Shown here piece after piece: positions 1 to 10,600 of a stretch of DNA of 64,000 bases. The DNA comes from Azolla caroliniana (Eukaryota; Plantae; Polypodiophyta). The number at the start of each line of letters is the position of its first letter. The stretch's first letter is position 1. The stretch covers positions 12,400,001-12,464,000 of the forward strand of contig JBHGNT010000007.1 of NCBI GenBank assembly GCA_043228905.1, written 5' to 3'. Made by a program: the position numbers and the translations under genes. The notes beneath the pieces are model-generated. The model was not told the origin of the DNA, did no database searches, and saw nothing but the letters and a program-made list of their open reading frames with translations.

Positions 1-286
1 TGGTGTTGAACCGAATGAGTTGTGATGAATGAATAGACACCTATTTATAGGTCCTTATGGAGTATTCTAGAATGTTCTAGAATATTTTAGATATTTATGA
101 TATTTAATATAATCATGGAATATCCTAGAATGTTCTAGAATACTCTAAATAGCTTGTAATAACTAATAATATATTTATTATAACTATACATCATATATGT
201 TATTATAATGGTTAAAGGTTTAACAAATAGACCAAAACGTCTTGGGCTCGAATCCTTGTAAGGCCAAAATGTATGTCTTCATGACA
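1..286 (-). repeat. 3' LTR of element A (partial)
   Basis: Near-identical to the split 5' LTR; ends ...ATGACA next to the PPT. Confidence 0.95.
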
Positions 287-1640
287 TTATCCCCCCTTTT
301 CGACAACGAGTTCCACGAGTCGGAAGACAAGTTTTCGGACTTGGCTTATGGGGATATTTGTTGTGAAACGTAGCAACCATTTCCGAGGCATTACCAAGAT
401 TCTCGAGAGGTTCCCATGTTCGATCATTAGGTGTATAACCTAGCCAGTCAACCAAATAATACAGTTTGTTGCGAATGATCTTGGAGTCGAGAATGGCAGC
501 AACTTCATCTTCGGAGCCATCTGAAACTTCGATTGAAGGTGGGGGAGATGTAAGACGGTCTAGAATAGAGCTGGTTGTGTACGGCTCCAAAAGTGAAACA
601 TGGAAGACCGGGTGAAGATGCATATGAGGGGGAGATCAAGGTGAAATTCCACATCATTGATCTTACCAGATATACATATGGGCCAAAACATTGATAATCC
701 AATTTGCAGCAAGGTCGGGTTGTTTTAATGCGACCTTGTAAAAGCCATACTCGATCTCCCACTTGAAATGTAGTTGATGAATCAAATCGATGACGGTTGG
801 CAACCTTCTTTTGAGTGTTTTGAGCTTCACATAAATAGTCCAAAGGATATCTTGAACTTCTTGGAGTTGGGTGAGCTGATCTTCAGCAACCGGGTTTGTC
901 GGGAGTTTGGGATGTTCATGCATAGTCAACGAGGATGGTACCCAAAATTTGCAAAAAATGGGGAATATCCAGTAGAAGAATGTTCCGAGTTGTTGTAAGC
1001 AAATTCCGCCAAATGTAATAGATCAACCCAATCATCTTGTTGATAATTGACAAAACAATGAGGATATTGTTCTACTATTTGGTTGGTGCACGCCGGGAGA
1101 GAGTTTGCAAGAAGTATGTAAGAGTTTGAACATGTGCCACCAAAATTTTGAGATGAACTAGGGACCCCGATCATTGATAATATCATTGGGAAGACCATGA
1201 TACCGAAACACCTCTTGCATGAGTAACTCAGCTGTCTCTTGGCTCGTAATGGCCTTTGTGCAAGGAAGAAAATGTGCCATCTTCGTAAAACGAACTACTA
1301 CCGTGAGAATAGAATCAAAACCCTTGGAAGGTGGTAGATCCGTAATGAAGTCCAATGAAATAGATTTCCATGGACTCTCAGAAATAGGCATTGGTTGTAA
1401 TGAGCCATATGGATGATGTCAAGGTTTCTTGGATCGGCAACATGTATCACAACTACGAACATAATCCGTAACAAAATGGCGAAGTCGTGGCCACCAATAC
1501 CTTCGAGAAATTAACGCCAAAGTCTTGTGGATGCCGGAATGTCCAGCCATTGGTGTGTCATGACATTGTTGCAAGACTTGGAGTCAAGAAGGACCATCAG
1601 GCACATATAAGAGATTTTGTCGAAAAAGTAAACCATCATG
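279..1640 (-). pseudogene. Integrase plus chromodomain of element A (frameshifted)
   Basis: ORF pieces [46 protein letters not shown] and chromodomain ILDSK..YLVDWLGY..RTWEP. Confidence 0.92.
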
Positions 1641-1645
1641 CCAAT

Positions 1646-2428
1646 TGACGGGAACTCAATGCTCCCTATACGCAACGCTCGGCCAGCACCGAGCTTAGGA
1701 TCATACACAGAAAACGGGAAATAAACACGACAAGAAGAAGAAGAGAATACACAGGAGGTTTACATGGAAAACCCCAAACTAGGGGAAAAAACCACGGCAG
1801 CCCACAGGCTGCAAACTGTCACAATGTAGGAATATACAACAGTGAGTTCACTGAGGCACCGACCTCGTGCTCACGTATCTTCGCCACAGGCGGTGGTTAC
1901 AACAAAGGCAGCGACCTCTTTCTCTCTCTCTCTCTCTCTGTACAGTTACGCACACTAATCTCATGCAAAACAGAAAATGACAACAACAACCAAAAGTTTG
2001 CCCTAAGTCATATTTATACTAATATGACTTTTCGGCTATTTACAAATATAGCCTCGATGGGCTCTCAGAAACATATTTACGAATATGTCTCTTCATCCGG
2101 TTCATACCGGGTCTGCACCATTCGGCTCTCTGTAGTCGGGTACTCCTCATCCGGTTCACACCGGGTCTGTATCATCCGGCTCTCCGTAGCCGGGTACTCC
2201 TCATCCGGTTCACACCGGGTCTGTATCATCCGGCTCTCCGTAGCCGGGTACTCCTCATCCGGTTCACACCGGGTCTATATCATCCGGCTCTCCGTAGCCG
2301 GGTACTCCTCATCCGGTTCACATCGGGTCTGTATCATCCGGCTCTCCGTAGCCGGGTACTCCTCATCCGAGATTGTTCGTCGGCACTGTTCTTCTCCCTT
2401 CCCATCCGGAGGGACCTGTCTCCCAACA
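1646..2428 (-). mobile_element. Solo LTR (783 bp) of the copia I family inserted in A pol
   Basis: TG...CA termini; TSD CCAAT at 1641-1645 and 2429-2433; reverse-complement homology to LTRs 56415-57128 and 61197-61892. Confidence 0.93.
2091..2369. repeat. 54-bp tandem repeat (~5 units) in the solo LTR
   Basis: Unit CTCATCCGGTTCACACCGGGTCTGTATCATCCGGCTCTCCGTAGCCGGGTACTC; gives the periodic ORFs at 2024-2473 and 2275-2484. Confidence 0.95.
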
Positions 2429-2751
2429 CCAATTGAACTGGTTGTAGTCTTGACGAGGATTTTGAGATTGTGAACAAGAAGCACGATCTAGGATAATATG
2501 GTTCAGAATGTCTTGGATGAATTCATCAGTCTCAATATGCTCCCGAATGGAGTCCAGAAGACTTGAATCCCCGGGTGTGTCTATAGCATGAAATGCCATT
2601 AGTCGTAGACGTTCAGGACCCAAAAGGATTTGCTTCTGACTTTCAAATGCAGCCTCTCCTGGTTGAAGTTCCATATATGAATGCCGAGATCAAGCATCTA
2701 CTTTTCCTTGTTGCGTCCTAGGGCGATATAGAATTACAAAATCAAAACGAG

Positions 2752-4620
2752 TTAAGAACTGTGCCCAACGAGCTTGTCGATGACACAAGACTCGAGCACT
2801 TTGTGATCATTATAGACAATTATTTGTTGAGACAAACCCTCCAAAAAATGATGCCATTGTTGAAAAGAATCCACAATGGCAAGAAGCTCTTTGTCGTGAA
2901 TCTCATAGTTGATTTCTGCAGCTTCAAATTTCCATGAATGAAAAGCCACAGGGTGCAATTGGCCATCATTGCTAATCTGGGATAATACGCTTCCTAGTGC
3001 AAAGTCAGATGCATCAACTTCGAGTATAAAGCACTTCAATGGATCAACATGCATCAAAATTGGTGCACATGTAAATTCTTGCTTTAATCCTTCAAATGCA
3101 GAGTTTGCATTTATACTCCACACAAATGGTCGATTCTTTTGTGTTAGTTGAGTGAGGGGCAATACGATCTTTGAATAATCTTTGATGAACTTGCAATAAA
3201 AGTTTGCGAACCCCAAAAAACAATGTACATCTCGCACAGACTGTGGTGTTTGCCAATCCAAAATTGTTTGAACCTTTGCTGGATCCATAGAGATGCCATG
3301 TGAAGAGACTATGTACCCCAAAAATTCCACTTGATGTTGGTCGAAACTGTACTTCTCCAATTTTGCATAGAGACCATATTCACGCAATTGTTGCAAAGCT
3401 TGTGGAACGTGTATATCATGATCCTCTTGCGTTTTTGAGTAGATCAAGATATCATCCCAGTAAACTATGACAAAAATATTGAGGAAATCTCGAAAAATAG
3501 CATTCGCCATATGTTGGAAAATTGTTGGTGCATTCATGAGACCAAATGGCATCACTGTATACTCAAAATGACCATAGCAAGTACGGAAAGCAATCTTCCA
3601 TTCATCCCCAGTACGAATTTGAACAAGGTTGTAAGCACCTCAAAGGTCCAACTTTGTGAAATACTTAGCTCCACTAAGGCATTCTAGAAGGCTCGAAATC
3701 AATGGTAGAGCATATCGGTTTCGAATAGTTACTTTATTCATTCCTCGATAATCCATGACCAAACACAGCGAACCATCTTTCTTCTTAACGAAAAATATGG
3801 ATGCACCGGCATGAGATCTTGAATGTTGGATAAACCCATTTGCCAAGTTCTCATCGATATATTCCCGAAGAACATCTAGCTCCGTGGGCGAAAGGTTATA
3901 AATTGCCCCCCATGGAGGCTCTTTTCCAGGTTGCAAATCAATCGTGCTATCATATGGTCGATGCTTTGGTAGTCTATTGGCCTTCACCTTATCAAACACA
4001 TCAGAGAATTCTATATATTTCTTTGGTAGTTGGACCCCTGATTCTTGTGAGCTCGATGTGGGAGTTGCTAAAACTACGAACACCAACATGTCTTCCTTCC
4101 GTGCTTCCTCACGTAACTGATGTATAGAGATTGCCGAAATCTTTTGGAATGTCATATCCTTTGTTGGAGTTTTAAGAAACTCAGACTGTATTGTGACCTC
4201 TTCAATGGTTCTTTTTCTCCAATCAATAGTTGGGTTATGTAGCTCAAACCATGGAAGACCAAGAACTAGGGAGTGCTCTGGACTACTAATGATGTTGAAT
4301 GAGATGACACTACACAAATTGCTTAGGACTACACAAATTGGTTCAGACTCTTCAACTATATCACTTGATGTTATGGGGCGTCCATCAATGACTCCGACAG
4401 ACATTGGGCTTGGGAGCTTATGCAACTGAATATTATGCATTACAGCAAATTCACGATCCATGAAACAAGAGTTGGCTCTAGAGTCTAAGAGGGCAGAAGC
4501 TGGGAGTTGATGGCACTTAGATGTGTTAAGCTCAACTTGTGCAGAGAAAACTCGATTAACTTGATTGGATGAAATGGAACCACAACTAGGGACGGACGTT
4601 ATATGCCTAGGGTTGTCCAA
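2752..4620 (-). pseudogene. Protease / RT / RNase H of element A
   Basis: ALLDSRANSCF (PR); SLCLVMDYRGMN, MPFGLMNAP and YWDD (RT, from YLDD); DASDFALGSVL and NYEIHDKELLAI (RH); internal stop at 3640. Confidence 0.93.
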
Positions 4621-4654
4621 CCAAATAGCTTCAATTTTGACTGGACTTACTCGT

Positions 4655-5725
4655 TTAACACATCATCTTATTTTTATGGCATGGACTACTTGGCCTACTT
4701 GGGCTACGAGAAGGTGGGGCAAAAATTGAGATAGGATTGTCATGAGCACTTACTTGGTTAACTTGCCGTCGTGGTTTATGTGGACAATTCACAACAATAT
4801 GCCATGGACCACCACAATAGAGGCATAGACGATTCACTCACCGTCATTGCTTTTCAGCATCCGATGATGGTCCTCGATGTCGTGTTGTCTCGATTTCCAT
4901 TGGAGTAGGGCCTTCCACCAAACTTGACTTTGATACTTGGGGTGGAGTTGAGACCACCGAAGCATATGTTTCTGTTGGTCGGAAGCGTAACATTTGTTGG
5001 CGCTCAGAACGTCGCTCAAATATGCGATTGTCACATCGCACGGCCCTACTTACTGCTTTAGTAAGAGATTTTGGATCATCATGGAAGGTAAGAAGTAAAT
5101 CCTTCACATCATGGAAATTTCATTAACGCAACATCGTCTCATGGAATATCACATGCTAGAAGGCGAAAATCTGCAGCATAAGCGAAAGGAGGACGAACTC
5201 CTTGTCGTAATTGTCGTATTGTGTTTATTGCGGTCCTCATACTATCGGTGTCTCCAAAGTTGGCTTGGAAATCATTAATAAACCCTTCAAAATCTTCTAA
5301 TAATGGTTAGTGCTTCTCTATGAGTGGTGCAAACCACGCTAATGCGGTACCCATTAACAAGGTACCAACTAGTCCCACCCGAGCAACATCAGTTGGGTAA
5401 CGGCTAGGATGCAATTTAATCACAAGCTGTACCTGATTTAAAAATCCACAAAATTGAGACCTTGTACCATCAAACTTGGCCGGTAGACTAATATTTGGTT
5501 CTTTCGGTGAAGTTTGAACTTCCACCGCTTGTCGTTGCAATAGAGTAGCCTCCAGTTGATGCACCCGTTGAGATAACTCTTCAAATTTTGTACCTTCTCA
5601 ACACTTACTTGTTGTAGGTTGCCTAGCAATCTTTGATTTTCTTGCTCTAGGGCCACAAATTTGGTTGTTAGCATATCGAGTTCGGAGAGAACGCACATAT
5701 ATTCTTGCTTGCTAACGAACTCCAT
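4655..5725 (-). pseudogene. gag of element A (frameshifted)
   Basis: EPNISLPAKFDGTRSQF, PTPMEI and CCHC-like CLYCGGPWHIVVNCP. Confidence 0.88.
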
Positions 5726-5831
5726 AGTTACGAGAGAGATTTGCTAGATTCGCTTGAATACGTTTAAGAGAAAAAGAAGAAGAAGAAATTGGAGAAGAAG
5801 AAAAGAATATTCAATTCAAACTATCAAGACT

Positions 5832-6022
5832 TGTGAGTAAGAGAGAGAGAAGACAAGAGATGGAAATGAGATTATATTATGAGGAAACAAGGTTACAAAG
5901 AGTAGGCTAAGGGCTAAATACTGGTGTTGAACCGAATGAGTTGTGATGAATGAATAGACACCTATTTATAGGTCCTTATGGAGTATTCTAGAATGTTCTA
6001 GAATATTTTAGATATTTATGAT
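5832..6022 (-). repeat. 5' LTR of A, inner part (R/U5 side)
   Basis: 5922-6022 matches 1-101; inner boundary TGTGAG at 5832 is inferred; TATA (CTATAAATAGG on minus) near 5961-5971. Confidence 0.8.
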
Positions 6023-7699
6023 TGTTGAGAATCAAGCTCAACTTGGTCTAGTGTGTGAACTCACCTTGAGAGTGAATAGAAACTCTGAAAAAGATTATGT
6101 GCGGAAGTAATAGAAAACCAAACACAGAAAATACGCAGGTTTAATGGAAAGCTTGAATATACACAGTACACGGGAGAGACAGAGAGAGAACACACAAAAA
6201 CCAAATTCAAAATTATACTCAATATGTACATACACCGTGCTCAGTGAGCACCTTTTATACAAGCCCTGACCATAGGGCTGACACAAGTACTGATAGTACT
6301 TGACCACTCATAAATGATCCTACTACACTAACTCCCAAAATTATTCCTTACGAGGAATATCATACTAACGACCTTCCGGTTTACACACCGATACGGCCAT
6401 GTTATGCGTACCGATTTACGCGCCCAGTCTACGCATCGTATTACGCACGAATGTTGAGCTTGTCTCTCAACACTCCCCCTCAAGCTCAACTTGAGGTTCC
6501 ACCTGCTCCGTCGGATCTACACTCTGGTTCCTTCTTGCTTGACACCTCGCTCGCGCTCCTCGACCCGTTTGATTCCGCGCGCCTCGACCCTTCCGGTCGG
6601 CTTGTCAGCTTACATGGCCCTTCTCAGCTTCCTTGTTGTTGCGGTGTTGGCGCCTCTTCTGCTGCCTTCTCTTCCGCTTGGCCCTTGGTTGATTCAATGT
6701 ATCTGAATCAAACATCTGAACCAACTCAGCTTCCTTCGATCGGTTTTCACTCTCGTCCGAGTTGGTTGTCTCCAACTCATCTTCGGTCTTCTCGCCCTTG
6801 ATGGCTTCGTCTCCCCCACGCTTGGTTGGCTTTGGCTCTTTATTTCGACTGCTCCCCTTATGTCCGCTTTTGGACTCTTCCGCGGATCCGCCCTCGGCTT
6901 CTTCAGCCGATCCGAAATCAAATTTGTCATCCGAGTCGGTGTCACGGTCTTCTCCGCTCCTTCCGTGCTCCCTTCCATGGTCATCATGGACGTCTCTCCC
7001 CCTCAAGTTCGGCACGTCGAGGTGACGTAACCCAAGCGCACCCGAGAATTGCCGCAACTTGTCCAGTTCAAGAGGCTTGGTGAAGATGTCGGCGTTCTGC
7101 CGATCCATCAAAACATACTGAAGTTCGACTTCACCGGAGAGGACACGCTCACGAACGAAATGGTAGTGCACGTCAATGTGCTTAGTCCGGGCGTGGAAGA
7201 CGGGGTTCTTAGCTAGCTGGATGCTGCTGAGGTTGTCGCAGTAGATTGTTGTTGGATCGGACACCTCCACCTGTAGATCTTTAAGTAGCCTCTTCAACCA
7301 TATGGCTTCGCATGTCGCGATAGCCGCTCCTCTATACTCGGCTTCGGTGCTCGACAATGCAATTGCCGGCTGCTTCTTGCTACTCCACGCGATCGCAACA
7401 CTCCCAAGAGAGAATGCGAAACCGGACGTGGATCGGCAATCGTCGGTGTTTCCAGCCCAATCAGCATCAGTGTAACCAACCAACTGCACTGCAGTATTGG
7501 TCCGATATAGTAGCCCCCGGTCCTTAGTGCCACTAATGTACCGGAGTATGCGTTGTGCACACTGAAGGTGCTCCTCGGTCAGTCGCGCCATGAACTGACT
7601 GATCACCCCGACCGGGTAGCTGAGATCTGGTCAGGTGATGGTCAAGTATATAAGGCTTCCGACTATCTGTCTGAACCTCGTCGGGTCGCATACCTTTCC

Positions 7700-10600
7700 T
7701 GTAAAAAGTAGCGTGCGGAAGCAAGTATGAAGACAGAACAGAAGGGAGAACACTAAGGTTTAATGGAGAGCTTGAGCTTACGCAGTATACGCAAGAGAGA
7801 CCGAGAGAGATAGAGAGAAGACACCAAAAAGAGAAAAAGATATATTAAAGACAAAAAACAATACATATATATGTGTTCAATGAACACTTTGTACAAGCCC
7901 TAGAAGGACTTCAATGCTCATTAAGAGCTCCTACACTAACTCCCAAATATATTCCTCACGGAATATCTTTCCTAACGGCCTGACCGATCGGTCCCAGTCG
8001 ATCCGGTCCTCGCCTTCTTCAGCCGATCCGGCCGATGTTGAGCTTGTCTCTCAACACTCCCCCTCAAGCTCAACTTGAGGCTCTTCGGGATCTTCACAGC
8101 TCCGGTTCCTCCTGGCTTCACGCCTCGCTTGCGCTCCTCGACCTGTTCGACTCTGCGCGCTTCGACCCTTACGGTCGGCTTGTCTGCTCATGTGACCCTT
8201 ATCAGCTCTTCTGTTGTTGCGGTGTCGACACTTCTTCTGCTGCCTTTTCTTCCGCTTGGGCCTCTGTTGATTCAACGTGTCTGAATCAAACATCTGAACC
8301 GACTCGGCTACTTCCGATCGGTTTTCTCTCTCGTCCAAGTTGGTTGTCTCCAACTCGTCTTCGGTCTTCTCGCCCTCGATTGCGTCATCTCCCCCATGCG
8401 TGGTTGGCTTCGGCTCCCTCCTTCGGTTGCTCCCCTTCTGTCCGCTTCCGGACTTTTCCGCGGGTCTGCCCTCGGCTTCTTCAGCCGATCCGAAGTCGAA
8501 CTCGACAACCGACTCGGTGTCGTGGTCTCCGCTCCTTTCCTGCTGCCTTGCTTGGTCGTTCGGGACTATTCTCCCCCTCAAGTTTGGCACGTCGAGGTGA
8601 CGCAATCCGAGCGCACCTGAGAATTGCCGCAACTTGTCCAAACCAAGAGGCTTGATGAAGATGTCGGCAATCTGCCGATCCGTCGGCACGTACTGAAGTT
8701 CGACTTCACCAGAAAGGACACGCTCACGGACAAAATGGTAGTGCACCTCAATGTGCTTGGTCCATGCGTGGAAAACGGGGTTCTTCGCGAGCTGGATGCT
8801 GCTGAGGTTGTCGCAGTAGATCATCGTCGGATCTGACACCTCCACTTGCAGGTCCTTAAGTAGCCGCTTCAACCATATGGCTTCGCATGCTCGACATTGC
8901 AACTGTCGGCTGCTTCTTACTGCTCCACGCGATCGCGGCACTCCCGAGGGAGAACACGTATCCGGACGTGGATCGGCGATCGGCGGCGTTGCCAGCCCAA
9001 TCAGCATCGGTGTAGCCGACTAACTGCGCGGCTACACTGGTCCGATATAGCAGTCCTCGGTGCTTAGTGCCACTTACGTACCGCAGTACGCATTGCGCAC
9101 ACTGAAGTTGCTCCTCGGTAGGTCGCGCCATGAACTGACTGATCACCCCGACCGGATAACTGAGGTCGGGTCGGGTGATGGTCAAGTATATGACGCTTCC
9201 GACAATTTGTCGGAACCTCATCGGGTCGCATACCTTTCCCGTATCGGGACAAAGCTTGACGGTTCTGTCCAGAGGAGTCGAGACGGACTTACAATCGGCC
9301 ATCCCGAATTTGAAGAGCATACTCAGCACGTAATGACGTTGGCTGATCAATATGCCTTCGGGGGTACGGATCACTTCGATCCCGAGGAAGTAATGAAGGT
9401 CCCCCAGATCCTTCATCTCGAACGATGCCGCAAGCTGGAGCTTCACGCGGTTGATTTCACCTAGGTCGGCGCCGGTGATGACCAAGTCATAGACATATAG
9501 TAGAATACTAACCAGTCCGAGTCGACCTTTCCGGATGAACAGGGAAGAGTCCGATTTTGACGTGACGAGGCCCATCCGACGCAGTTGTTGCGTGATCTTC
9601 GCGTTCCAGGCACGCGGGGCTTGCTTCAGTCCGTAAAGGGACTTCTTCAGTCGGCACACTGCCGAGGAGTTCGTTCCGGAGTGAAATCCGGGGGGTTGTA
9701 CCATGTACACCTGTTCCTCAAGGTCACCTTGCAGGAACGCATTCTTTACATCCATCTGATGTAAGTGCCACCCCTTCGTCGCAGCTACTGCGAGCAAAAC
9801 ACGGACGGTCGTCATTTTCGCAACCGGCGCAAACGTCTCATCGTAGTCGATGCCGTGTTTCTGCGCGTAGCCCTTTGCCACTAGCTAAGCCTTGTACCGG
9901 TTAACGGAGCCATCGGTGTTGTACTTGACCTTGTACACCCACCTACACCCGATCGGTTTTACCCCTATTGGTGCGTCAACCAGGTCCCAGGTCTTGTTCT
10001 CCGCCAATGCGTGCATCTCTTCCTCCATCACGGCACGCCAATTCGCGTCTTTGGCCGCTTCTGCGTAGCTCTCCGGCTCACGCACTTCCGCTACACGGGT
10101 CATGTACGCATAATGATGCGCCATGTACTCGTTGTATCTGAACCGCAAAACAGGATTCTTCTGGCGGGTAGATCGGCGTAACCTCGCATTAGCCGATGTC
10201 GAGGCCTTCTCGGTCAACGCGGACTTCACCTTTAAAGGCCCGTCATCGGTTCCCTCGGAGTCGGACTCGCGTCGGTATGACTCGTTCCTTTCCGTGCCGG
10301 AATCCGACACCTTCTTCTTCCCTTTCTCTTTGCGCGTAAGCCATCTCCTCGGCTTCCTGCGCAGGGAATGCACGGCCGAGTCTCCACTACTCGCCGGCTC
10401 TTCATCGGACTAGTCGTACCGACTCAGTCATCCAATCGGTCCACTTATCCGGAGTGAAATCGGACTCTCTTCGCGGGTCTCGATTTCGGGCTCATCCGGA
10501 GGCATCTCGGCCTCGCTGACCTCATCGTCAGAAACACGGATTGGAGTCAGGGTTCGGAGTCGGGGGCTGCTACCAGGACGCGGACTCGTCAAACACAACG

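Noticed and set aside
2024-2484. Repeat-protein ORFs (also 56279-56741 and 61027-61503)
   Set aside because: They arise from the stop-free 54-bp LTR repeat, not from a gene.
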